Shown here piece after piece: positions 31,075 through 41,685 of a stretch of DNA of 64,000 bases; positions within the stretch are counted from its first letter, which is position 1; each line of letters starts with the position of its first letter. The stretch is taken from positions 214-64,213 of the forward strand of contig CANRBL010000004.1 in assembly GCA_947628835.1 (NCBI GenBank), in the 5' to 3' direction. The position numbers and the translations under genes were made by a program. The stretch comes from an uncultured Clostridia bacterium. Lineage in GTDB: Bacteria > Bacillota > Clostridia > TANB77 > CAG-508. The notes beneath the pieces were generated by a model, which was given only the letters and a program-made list of their open reading frames with translations, ran no database searches and was not told the origin of the DNA.

Positions 31075-32355
31075 CTATGGTAAATATGGCAATGGATTTA
31101 CTGGATCTCCACCAATACGAACTTCAAAGTGTAAATGTGGTCCTGTTGAATTTCCCGTTGAACCTACTATTCCTATTACTTGACCTTGTTTTACTTTATC
31201 TCCTTTTTGTACTGTTCTAGAATTTTCTAACATATGTCCATATAATGTTTGCGTTCCATCACCATGACTAATTGTTACCACTTCACCATAACTATAATAC
31301 TTTCCACCAATTTTTTTTGCTTCAGATTTTATTACTGTTCCGTCTTTTACTGCTACCACTTTTTTTCCTACAACATTTATATTGATATCTACACCAGTAT
31401 GACCTCTATATGAAGGATATGTTTTTACTCTTATATTTGATTTAGAGCAACCAGAAACTGGGAAAATATAACCACTTGTAGCTGAATTTCCGCCATTACT
31501 TGATGAATTATTATTTGATGTTGTATCATTATTTGAACTTGCATTATTTGAGTTTCCTTTATTTTTATTACTTTGCTCTTGTTCTTTTTTCTTGGCTTCT
31601 TCTTCTGCTTTCTTTCTTTGTGCTTCTTCCTCTGCAGCTATTTGTCTTAGTTCTTCTGTAATTTTTCTTTTATCTTCTTCAAATAATTCTAACTGTTCTT
31701 GTGTCTGTCTTTCTTCTTCTGTTAATTGTTCAACATAACTATCTTTTTGTAATTTTGCTGTTTTTAAATTTGATAACACACTTTGTTTACTTGTTTTTGT
31801 TTCATTTAATTCTGCTTTATTAGCTTCCAAACTATTTTTTATTTCTTCAATTTCATTTTTCTTATTCTCAATTTGTTCTAATAATTCTGTATCATATGTA
31901 GCAAGCTCTGATACCATATAATATTTTGATATAAAATCTGTTATACTTTTTGATGTCAATAAAAACTCTAAATAACTGGTATTTCCATTTTGATACATTG
32001 TAACTAATCTTTCATTTAAAAGATTTTGTTGACTATCATACTCTGCCTGTTTTTGAGTTATATCTTTTTCTGCTTGCGATATTTGCGTATTCAAATCATT
32101 TATTTTATTATCCAATTCTGCAACTTGTAATTCATATTCAGAGATTTCAACAGTTAATTCTTCTGCTTGTTTTAAGGTTTCTGACTTTTGAGCTTGTATC
32201 TCATCAATTTGGTCTTCCTTTTCTTGTATTTGACTATCAATATTATTCTTCTCATTATTTAATTCTGTTTTTGTAGCAGCTATTGATATATTATGTTGGA
32301 ACATTAAAATTATTATTATTGATACTATAATTATATTATAAAAAAATTTCTTCAT
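31075..32355 (-). CDS. Coiled-coil M23 (LytM-type) peptidoglycan endopeptidase
   Basis: Signal peptide, a long coiled coil, an Asn/Ser-rich linker, and an M23 domain with intact HTGVD and GPHLHFEV motifs. Confidence 0.85.
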   Translation of the reverse strand: MKKFFYNIIIVSIIIILMFQHNISIAATKTELNNEKNNIDSQIQEKEDQIDEIQAQKSETLKQAEELTVEISEYELQVAELDNKINDLNTQISQAEKDITQKQAEYDSQQNLLNERLVTMYQNGNTSYLEFLLTSKSITDFISKYYMVSELATYDTELLEQIENKKNEIEEIKNSLEANKAELNETKTSKQSVLSNLKTAKLQKDSYVEQLTEEERQTQEQLELFEEDKRKITEELRQIAAEEEAQRKKAEEEAKKKEQEQSNKNKGNSNNASSNNDTTSNNNSSSNGGNSATSGYIFPVSGCSKSNIRVKTYPSYRGHTGVDININVVGKKVVAVKDGTVIKSEAKKIGGKYYSYGEVVTISHGDGTQTLYGHMLENSRTVQKGDKVKQGQVIGIVGSTGNSTGPHLHFEVRIGGDPVNPLPYLP

Positions 32356-32426
32356 ATTTTTATCCTTTCACATTAATTTATCTGTTTTTTACAGATCTCA
32401 TTTGTATATTATTATAAATATTGTTA

Positions 32427-33566
32427 TCATTGCTTAGGTGTAGTTAAATATTCAATTGGATCGACCGTTTCTCCATTAACTCTTATTTCAAAATGTGCAT
32501 GTGGTCCTGTTGAATATCCAGTTGAACCTACTTTTAAAACAACATCACCTTTAGTAACTGCTTGCCCAACTTGAGCTATAATTTCAGATCCATGAGCATA
32601 CAAGGAAGATATTCCCCCTCCATGATCTATAATTACCATATTACCATATGCTGCATTATATTCCGCTTTTAATACCACACCATCTGCCATAGCAACAAAA
32701 TTTGCTCCTATAGGTGCACTTATATCTGTACCAGTATGTAATTTATATACACCTGTTATTGGATGTGTTCTCATGCCATACTTAGACGTTATTGTAGTAT
32801 AACCAGGTATTGGCCAAACCATATCTCCACCTATATATTCTTCTGATATACTATTTAATGTAACTTGCTTTATTTGAGCTTCTATTTCGTTTACTTGATT
32901 ATTATATTCATCAATCTTCTTTTGTATAGCTTGTTCTTCTTCAGATAATTTTGATATGTAATTTTGTCTTAAAGCTTTTGTACTTTGTAATATATTAGAT
33001 GTTTTTTGTGCATTCTTTTTTAATGTTTCTAATCGTGATTTATCTAATTCTAGTTTTTGCGTTGCAAGTTCAATTTTATTTTTTTCCTTTTCAATAATTT
33101 CTAATAAATCTGTATCATATTGTGCTACCTGTGATATTAAAAAGTAATTTGATAAAAAGTTTGTAAAGCTCGTTGAACTAAGTATTATATCTATATATTG
33201 TACTTCTCCTGCTTCATATATTGCAACTAATCTATTTTCTAATATTTCTTTTTGTTTACTATAATCTTGTTTTGCTACCTCTAATTTTTCTTCCTGTATT
33301 TTTATTTGTTCCTGTAAATCTTCTATATTTATATCTAGATTTTTTATTTCTTGTTCAGTTTTTGATATTTGTTCATCTAATTGTTGTACCTGTTTCAAAT
33401 TTTCAGTCAACTCATTTGTTACATTTTCTAATTCTTCATTTGCTTGATTTATATTATTTTGTACTTCATTATACTGTTCTTGTAATTCATTTAAATTTGT
33501 TGCATAAGATGAATATAAATTTAGCATAAAAGCAAGTATTAAAAATATACATACAATTTTACGCAT
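32427..33566 (-). CDS. Coiled-coil M23 (LytM-type) peptidoglycan endopeptidase, paralogue
   Basis: Same architecture as its neighbour. Intact LHTGTD and GPHAHFEI motifs. Confidence 0.85.
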   Translation of the reverse strand: MRKIVCIFLILAFMLNLYSSYATNLNELQEQYNEVQNNINQANEELENVTNELTENLKQVQQLDEQISKTEQEIKNLDINIEDLQEQIKIQEEKLEVAKQDYSKQKEILENRLVAIYEAGEVQYIDIILSSTSFTNFLSNYFLISQVAQYDTDLLEIIEKEKNKIELATQKLELDKSRLETLKKNAQKTSNILQSTKALRQNYISKLSEEEQAIQKKIDEYNNQVNEIEAQIKQVTLNSISEEYIGGDMVWPIPGYTTITSKYGMRTHPITGVYKLHTGTDISAPIGANFVAMADGVVLKAEYNAAYGNMVIIDHGGGISSLYAHGSEIIAQVGQAVTKGDVVLKVGSTGYSTGPHAHFEIRVNGETVDPIEYLTTPKQ

Positions 33567-33638
33567 TATTTTACATTATCCTTTCTATATTTTTCATCAT
33601 TCTTTTGAAATCATTTATTTTATTATAATAACTATAAT

Positions 33639-34565
33639 TTATACTTTTAAATATTTTCTCATTGAAATACTACTTCCTAAAGCACCAATTCCAATTCCTA
33701 ATATTAGGTACACAGATGCAATTAAATTAAACATTTCTGAAAAGCTTACTAAACCAATATTTAATATTTTCATGAAATCTGTATTCACTATGTTTTCAGC
33801 TATTATACTATATATGCTTCCTATAATAACAATGGATATAATTCCAGCTGCTACACCTATAATAAGTCCTTCTACTATAAATGGCCATCTTATAAAACTA
33901 TTTGTTGCTCCTACATATTTCATAATTGATATTTCTTTTCTTCTTGCATGTACTGTTAATTTTACAGTATTTGAAATTATAAATACTGATATTAATATTA
34001 ATAAAGCTAATATTACTCCTGTTACTATTTTGATACCATTTGCTATTTTTATTAATGCAGATACAACTTCATCTCTGCTTCGTATATCTTTTATATTATC
34101 TAACTGTTCAATTTTTTCTTGTACTTGAGAGCTCAAATTTAAATCAGTTAAAGTTATTATATATGATGCAGGAAAAATACTATTTGCATCAGTTAATCCT
34201 TCTATTAATTCTGCTTTATCTTCAAACCAATTTTCCATTTCTACTACTGCTTGTTCTTTTGATACAAATTGCTTGGTATTTATTCCATCTATTTCATCTA
34301 ATTCCTCTCCAACTTTTTCAATTTCTTCATCTGTTGCATCTAAATCAATAAATACTTGTATTCCTTGTATTGCTTCTATTTCTTTTACAAAATTGTTAAC
34401 ATTTTGGCTTATAGCCAAAAACACTCCAAAAATAATCATTGTAGCACACATTATTCCTAATGATGCCACTGTTGATTTTTTGTTTTTAAAAACATTTGAA
34501 AATCCTTCTCCAACTAAATATGTTAATATATTATACCTCACTATCATAACCACCTTTTTTATCAT
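33639..34565 (-). CDS. ftsX: Cell-division ABC transporter permease-like protein FtsX
   Basis: 4 TM helices plus an extracytoplasmic loop, and the family motif MKYVGATNSFIRWPFIVEG. The start is ambiguous (34565 or 34547) and overlaps the ftsE 3' end. Confidence 0.85.
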   Translation of the reverse strand: MIKKVVMIVRYNILTYLVGEGFSNVFKNKKSTVASLGIMCATMIIFGVFLAISQNVNNFVKEIEAIQGIQVFIDLDATDEEIEKVGEELDEIDGINTKQFVSKEQAVVEMENWFEDKAELIEGLTDANSIFPASYIITLTDLNLSSQVQEKIEQLDNIKDIRSRDEVVSALIKIANGIKIVTGVILALLILISVFIISNTVKLTVHARRKEISIMKYVGATNSFIRWPFIVEGLIIGVAAGIISIVIIGSIYSIIAENIVNTDFMKILNIGLVSFSEMFNLIASVYLILGIGIGALGSSISMRKYLKV

Positions 34566-35217
34566 CTTTCACTATTATGCCTTTATCTATATGAATAACT
34601 CTTTTTTTCATATGGTCAACTATATCTTTAGCGTGCGTTGCTACAACAACCGTAGTTCCTCTCATATTTATATCATTTAAAAGATTCATTATATCCCATG
34701 CTGTATCTGGATCTAGATTTCCTGTTGGCTCATCTGCAATAAGCATTGATGGATTATTTACTAATGCTCTTGCTAAAGCTACTCTTTGCTGTTCTCCTCC
34801 AGATAATTCACTTGGATACATTTTTGCTTTATTACTTAATCCTACTAAAGACAAAACCATTGGCACTTGCCTTCTTATATGTCTAGGTGTTGCTCTTACT
34901 ATATACATCGCATATGCAACATTATCATATACCGTTTTATCTGGTAATAATCTAAAGTCTTGAAATACCACTCCCATACTTCTTCTTAAATATGGAACTC
35001 TACTTTGTTTTAAAAATGTTGTATCTTTTCCATTAATTATTATATTTCCACTTGTTGGCTCTTCTTCTTTTAATATTAATTTTATTAATGTTGATTTTCC
35101 ACTTCCTGAACTTCCTACTAAAAATGCAAATTCTCCTTTTGGTATTAAAAAGTTAGCGTTTTGTACTGCTTTTGTTCCTGTATCATATATCTTCGTTACA
35201 TTTCTAAATTCTATCAT
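34531..35217 (-). CDS. ftsE: Cell-division ATP-binding protein FtsE
   Basis: Walker A GSSGSGKST, signature LSGGEQQRVALARAL, Walker B MLIADEPTGNLD. Confidence 0.9.
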   Translation of the reverse strand: MIEFRNVTKIYDTGTKAVQNANFLIPKGEFAFLVGSSGSGKSTLIKLILKEEEPTSGNIIINGKDTTFLKQSRVPYLRRSMGVVFQDFRLLPDKTVYDNVAYAMYIVRATPRHIRRQVPMVLSLVGLSNKAKMYPSELSGGEQQRVALARALVNNPSMLIADEPTGNLDPDTAWDIMNLLNDINMRGTTVVVATHAKDIVDHMKKRVIHIDKGIIVKDDKKGGYDSEV

Positions 35218-35316
35218 TTCGTTAGCTTATGCTAGTATATACTACTAACATATCCTCCCTTCAAATTACTCATTTATATCATAACAATAATGTATTTTTT
35301 TTGCAATACTTATTCT

Positions 35317-35370
35317 AAAAAAAAATGATAGAAAATGTATGTTTTTTTACTTTTTCTATCATTTTTCTTT
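35317..35370 (-). terminator. Rho-independent terminator downstream of the transketolase genes
   Basis: Stem atgatagaaaa/ttttctatcat (35325-35335 / 35352-35362), flanked by an A-run and a T-run, so it could act in both directions. Confidence 0.55.
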
Positions 35371-35461
35371 GTTATTCTCTATTTTAAACATTTCACATAA
35401 AATTTACAAAACATATATATTTTTTTCAACATATATAATAGGAAACTCCATAAAACTTTTA

Positions 35462-36388
35462 TTATAATATTATTTTCATAATATTATCTGCTGTTATTCC
35501 AAAATATTTCATTAATTCTTCTGCTTTACCAGATTTACCAAAAGTATCGTTTATTCCAATTCTTTGTAATTTACAAGGATATTTTTCAGTTAAAACTTCT
35601 GAAATTGCTGAACCTAATCCACCAATAATATTATGGTCTTCTATAGATATTAATTTTTTGGTTTCTTTAGCACATTTAACTATCATTTCTTCATCTATTG
35701 GTTTTATTGACCACATATCAACCACTCTTATATTTATTCCTTTTTTCTCAAGTTCTTCTTTAGCTTTTATTGCTTCTACAACTGTTACCCCTGTAGCAAA
35801 AACTGTAGCATCTGTTCCTTGTCCAATTTGTATTGCTTTTCCTATTTCAAACTCTTGATTTTCATCATATATTTTAGGTACTGCTAATCTCGCTAATCTC
35901 ACATATACTGGAGCATTTATTTTTGAAATTTTTTCTATAACTTTTTTTGTTTGAACATCATCAGACATTGAAAGAACTGTCATATTAGGTAATGTTCTCA
36001 TTAAAGATATATCTTCTATCATTTGATGTGTTGCTCCATCTTCGCCAACTGTTATACCAGCATGTGTAGCACATATTTTTACATTTAATTTTGGATAACA
36101 TACACTATTTCGTATTTGGTCATATGCTCTACCAGCAGCAAACATTGCAAATGTACTTACATATGGAATTTTTCCACATGTTGCAAGTCCCGCAGAAGTT
36201 GCAATCATATCTTGTTCTGCAATTCCAATATCAAAAAATCTATTTGGAAATTTTTTTGCAAACAAATCTGTTTTTGTAGCACTTGATAAATCAGCATCTA
36301 ATACTACTATACTATTATTTTTTTCTCCTAATTCTACTAATGCCTCTCCATAACTTTGGCGAGTTGCTTTTTTCTCTGTATAATCCAT
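35462..36388 (-). CDS. Transketolase, C-terminal (pyrimidine-binding) subunit
   Basis: 308 aa collinear with the C-terminal half of transketolase (GIAEQDMIATSAGLA, EDGATHQ). Confidence 0.9.
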   Translation of the reverse strand: MDYTEKKATRQSYGEALVELGEKNNSIVVLDADLSSATKTDLFAKKFPNRFFDIGIAEQDMIATSAGLATCGKIPYVSTFAMFAAGRAYDQIRNSVCYPKLNVKICATHAGITVGEDGATHQMIEDISLMRTLPNMTVLSMSDDVQTKKVIEKISKINAPVYVRLARLAVPKIYDENQEFEIGKAIQIGQGTDATVFATGVTVVEAIKAKEELEKKGINIRVVDMWSIKPIDEEMIVKCAKETKKLISIEDHNIIGGLGSAISEVLTEKYPCKLQRIGINDTFGKSGKAEELMKYFGITADNIMKIIL

Positions 36389-36453
36389 TTTTACTACCCT
36401 TCCTTTCTAAAGAACAACAGTGAGCCCACGATTTTCTATCAAATTTATAATTT

Positions 36454-37272
36454 TTATCCTAATTCTACCATTGCTTGTTCATACTGCTCTTTATTTGGAG
36501 CTTTTCCATGCCATCCTGCCTGATTTTCCATAAAAGAAATACCTTTTCCCTTAATTGTTTTAGCTATTATACATGTTGGTTTTCCTTTTGTGTTCCTTGC
36601 TTGCTCAAATGCCTGTAAAATTTCACCTATATTATGACCATCAACTATAATAGATTCAAATCCAAAACTTTTAAACTTTTCATCTATTGGATATGAACTC
36701 ATTACTTCTTCAATAGTTCCATCTATCTGTAAATTATTATTATCTACTATTACACACAAATTATCAAGTTTGTATTTACTTGCTGTCATTGCAGCTTCCC
36801 ATATTTGTCCTTCTTCTATTTCTCCATCTCCTAATATAGCATAAACTCTATAATTTTTATTATCTAATTTTCCTGCAATTGCCATTCCATTTGCAACAGA
36901 TAATCCTTGTCCTAAAGAACCTGATGTCATATCTATTCCATTAACTTTATTCATATCTGGATGCCCCTGTAAATTACTACCTATATTTCTAAATTTTGTT
37001 AAATCTTCTAAAGGAAAATATCCTCTCAATGCTAATGCTGAATATATTGCTGGTGAACAATGCCCTTTTGACAAAACTACTCTATCTCTATCATTCCACT
37101 TTGGATTTTTTTCGTCAATATTTAATTCATTAAAATATAAAACAGCTAAAATATCTGCTATAGAAAGCGAACCTCCTGGATGTCCTGATTGTGCACTATA
37201 AACTGCCGTAACAATTCCCTTTCTTATTTGTTTTGCTTTTTTTTGCAATTCACTAATTTCATTAATTTTCAT
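36454..37272 (-). CDS. Transketolase, N-terminal (TPP-binding) subunit
   Basis: 272 aa with SGHPGGSLS and the GDGEIEEGQIWEA TPP-binding motif. Confidence 0.9.
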   Translation of the reverse strand: MKINEISELQKKAKQIRKGIVTAVYSAQSGHPGGSLSIADILAVLYFNELNIDEKNPKWNDRDRVVLSKGHCSPAIYSALALRGYFPLEDLTKFRNIGSNLQGHPDMNKVNGIDMTSGSLGQGLSVANGMAIAGKLDNKNYRVYAILGDGEIEEGQIWEAAMTASKYKLDNLCVIVDNNNLQIDGTIEEVMSSYPIDEKFKSFGFESIIVDGHNIGEILQAFEQARNTKGKPTCIIAKTIKGKGISFMENQAGWHGKAPNKEQYEQAMVELG

Positions 37273-37456
37273 TTATAATATATACCTCCTTTATGCTATA
37301 CTTTTATATTTCGATTTTTTTATATTACTATTTTACTATATTAATAAAAAAATATCAATTATTGTAACTTATTTCCTTTGATTTTATACACAATTTATGT
37401 TAATATATTATTAAGGTTATAGAGAATTTGATATATTATACGAAAGAGGTGATAAT

Positions 37457-37714
37457 ATGCTAAATAAATTTTTATCTTATATAAAAAAACTTGATGAAAT
37501 TGCATTAAAAATATTAAAAAAAGGAATTTTTAGTTGTTTTGCACTATGCATATTTTCTTGTATTATTCTTATTACATATCTATTATTTATACATACACAA
37601 TACACATATTTGCTAGGTATTACATTGTTTAGAATTAGTTTAATTTTTAGTATAGAATTCATTATTTGTGCTTTTGTATCAGATTTTATAAAAAACGGAA
37701 TTAGTATTTTATAA
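37457..37714 (+). CDS. Small membrane protein of unknown function (85 aa)
   Basis: AGAGGTGA RBS. Two or three hydrophobic helices. Confidence 0.5.
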   Translation: MLNKFLSYIKKLDEIALKILKKGIFSCFALCIFSCIILITYLLFIHTQYTYLLGITLFRISLIFSIEFIICAFVSDFIKNGISIL

Positions 37715-37720
37715 TTAGTT

Positions 37721-37963
37721 TTATATAATAGGAAACGTCAATATGAATTTCTTTTGAAATAAAATATATATTTTTGAAAAAAGCGCATTGAAAATAATTG
37801 AGCTAGAACTTCTAAAAATTTTTATGGAAAGAGTTCACGCTTGTCGTGGAAGGGTGCCATAAAAATTTTTTAGAAGTTCTGTGAAAATTATTTGAACGAG
37901 CATTTTTGAAAAAATAATATTTTATTTCAATTAGAATTGAGAAATTAAAGTTCCTATTATATA
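37721..37963. repeat. Long (~243 nt) imperfect palindromic intergenic element
   Basis: The outer arms (ttatataataggaa / ttcctattatataa), middle arms (ttgaaataaaata / tattttatttcaa) and inner arms (gaacttctaaaaatttttatgg / ccataaaaattttttagaagttc) are each mutually reverse-complementary. They surround a GC-richer core, atggaaagagttcacgcttgtcgtggaagggtgccat. Confidence 0.7.
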
Positions 37964-38069
37964 AAAAAGCAAGCCTAAGATTTTTCTAACGCATAACTTA
38001 TCCGTAATTCGCTACACTCATACGGCTAAGAAATCTATAAAATGCAAATTTTAAGAAAATCTTAAGCTC
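37963..38069 (-). terminator. Terminator-like hairpin module downstream of spoVM (expanded-loop copy)
   Basis: Stem gcaagcctaagatttttct / agaaaatcttaagctc, with a U-run on the minus strand. It is the same module as 48199..48251 but with ~50 nt inserted in the loop. Confidence 0.5.
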
Positions 38070-38076
38070 AAATTTT

Positions 38077-38151
38077 TTAATCCTTTATTCCAAAAATTAA
38101 TTTTACAATACCTCTTAAGCATTTTGGAACTTTTTTTACAACAATAGTCAT
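38077..38151 (-). CDS. spoVM: Stage V sporulation protein M (24-aa amphipathic peptide)
   Basis: Not in the ORF track. AAGGAGGGA RBS, then ATG 38151 and stop 38077-38079. MTIVVKKVPKCLRGIVKLIFGIKD aligns with B. subtilis SpoVM (MKFYTIKLPKFLGGIVRAMLGSFRKD), sharing PK.L.GIV....G. Confidence 0.75.
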   Translation of the reverse strand: MTIVVKKVPKCLRGIVKLIFGIKD

Positions 38152-38169
38152 ATGTATTCTCCCTCCTTT

Positions 38170-38319
38170 TTAGCATGCTAACCACATAAAACCTACACAT
38201 ACAACAATTAGACCAATTATAAATAGCCAACCTGTTATTGGAAGTAACAATACTAATAACATTCCCAGTCCCAAGCCAATTAGACATACACCTAAAGTTT
38301 TCTTTAATACTCCTAACAT
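38170..38319 (-). CDS. Small (49-aa) two-helix membrane protein upstream of spoVM
   Basis: Not in the ORF track. GGAGGT RBS. Protein: MLGVLKKTLGVCLIGLGLGMLLVLLLPITGWLFIIGLIVVCVGFMWLAC. Its stop lies 18 nt before the spoVM start. Confidence 0.5.
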   Translation of the reverse strand: MLGVLKKTLGVCLIGLGLGMLLVLLLPITGWLFIIGLIVVCVGFMWLAC

Positions 38320-38415
38320 AACAATTACCTCCAATAACATTTTTATATATTATATTATTTTCAAACATTATTGGTTACAGTTATGTTAATTAATTTTATT
38401 ATATTGTATATATAT

Positions 38416-39786
38416 TTATTGAGATTGAGTAATATTTTCTTCATTTTTTTGAATATTAAGCTGTTGCAACAATTGTATAATATCAATTTGATTATTTTCA
38501 TAATCCATATAATACTGTTTATTTCCTCCATTTTCTTTAATATATACTCTATCTGCTACATTATTTGTTAGCTCTTCTCCTGTTTTTGTCATTAATAGAT
38601 ATTTTTTATCTTTTTGAGCCACAATAATATCATAATCTGGTATAAATAATATTCCATAAGTATTTGTTGTACCTTGCTCTGCTGTACATCCTAAACTTTC
38701 ATATTTCAAGTCTATTACTTTTTCACCAGTAGTTGCGTTCAAAAATCCCCATAAATTATTTTGCTTAACTGGAATTAAATCATCTAAAATAATATATCCA
38801 TTTGTAATTCCATTTTCTTTAAAACTATTTGTCTTAACTCCGATACTATCATAATCAGGATATACTATTAAATTTCCATCTGTATCCATAATTCCATATT
38901 TAGAATTTTTAGATACTAAATAATAATTATATTTACTATCTATCTTTTTTATACTATCATATATTAATTCTACTTTTGTTTGTTTGTTGCTTGAAATAAT
39001 CCCTACTTTTTGATTACTTGTTACTAAAAAATCTGATGTAGATGGCATATACTGTATATCATCATATTTTACTTCTAATATTGTTTCTCCTGTTAATATT
39101 GAAACCACACCAACCTTTTCATTTGATTCAACCACTATCATATTATCTAAAACTATTTTTCTATTATTTAATGTATCAGAAATTAATGCATCATATCCTA
39201 AATCATTAACTTTTTTTTCATAATAATTAATCAAAAATGGCATAGTATATATTTCTATGTTATTTTTTTCATATGAAAAACTAACATTAAATGCTTTTTC
39301 CATTCCATCTACTGTTGTACATAAAACACCATTAATTTCAATTATTGGCTCATCAATTTCTACCTGTTCTGTTTTTATTGCAGTTTCCTTAGAATTTGCA
39401 TCATATTTATTAACTATATTTGAATTTAGTGTGAATGTAGTAATTTCATCTTCGGATTTTACATAACATTTATTAGAATCTTCAGACAAATTTATATAAT
39501 CACCACTGTAGTCTTCATAATCAAAATATTTTGCAATTTGTCTAATTGGAACATATATTTTAGAATTTTCATCATCAAATATTAATATTTGTTTTATTTC
39601 TTCATTTAACTTTCCATTTAGCATTAGAGTTGTTGTTGTCATTTTTAAATATACAATTATCCCTGCTACTGCAATACTTAATAATACTAATATAATTATT
39701 GCTATTAATATTATTTTTGAAATTTTCTTTGTTTTTATATCTTCTTTTACTTTAACATTTTCTTCCTCATACCACTTCATGTTCAT
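38416..39786 (-). CDS. Membrane-anchored WG-repeat (KWG-like beta-repeat) protein
   Basis: N-terminal TM helix. Repeated modules of the form N.K.G(I/V/F)......G..(I/V)....YD.I (NEKVGVVSILTGETILEVKYDDI, NSKYGIMDTDGNLIVYPDYDSIG, NNLWGFLNATTGEKVIDLKYESLG). Confidence 0.6.
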   Translation of the reverse strand: MNMKWYEEENVKVKEDIKTKKISKIILIAIIILVLLSIAVAGIIVYLKMTTTTLMLNGKLNEEIKQILIFDDENSKIYVPIRQIAKYFDYEDYSGDYINLSEDSNKCYVKSEDEITTFTLNSNIVNKYDANSKETAIKTEQVEIDEPIIEINGVLCTTVDGMEKAFNVSFSYEKNNIEIYTMPFLINYYEKKVNDLGYDALISDTLNNRKIVLDNMIVVESNEKVGVVSILTGETILEVKYDDIQYMPSTSDFLVTSNQKVGIISSNKQTKVELIYDSIKKIDSKYNYYLVSKNSKYGIMDTDGNLIVYPDYDSIGVKTNSFKENGITNGYIILDDLIPVKQNNLWGFLNATTGEKVIDLKYESLGCTAEQGTTNTYGILFIPDYDIIVAQKDKKYLLMTKTGEELTNNVADRVYIKENGGNKQYYMDYENNQIDIIQLLQQLNIQKNEENITQSQ

Positions 39787-39818
39787 CTCTCCCTTTCATA
39801 TGTATATAATATTATTGC

Positions 39819-41610
<1,792 letters not shown>

Positions 41611-41685
41611 TTTTATTTCCTTTCTAATTTTTCATTCCTTTATATACTCAGTGACAAAATCATTAGCTCTTCCATATGTAGCCCC

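Noticed and set aside
35462-37272. Transketolase split into two ORFs as a possible pseudogene or frameshift
   Set aside because: The two-subunit (N-terminal TPP-binding plus C-terminal) arrangement is a well-known natural form in anaerobic Firmicutes and archaea. Each ORF has its own start, and a 65-nt spacer separates them.
38051-38368. 105-aa minus-strand ORF from the ORF track (MFENNIIYKNVIGGNCYVRS...)
   Set aside because: It has no SD and an odd Cys/Asn/Arg-rich composition. It overlaps two shorter ORFs in another frame that have strong SDs, one of which is recognisably SpoVM. I treat it as spurious.
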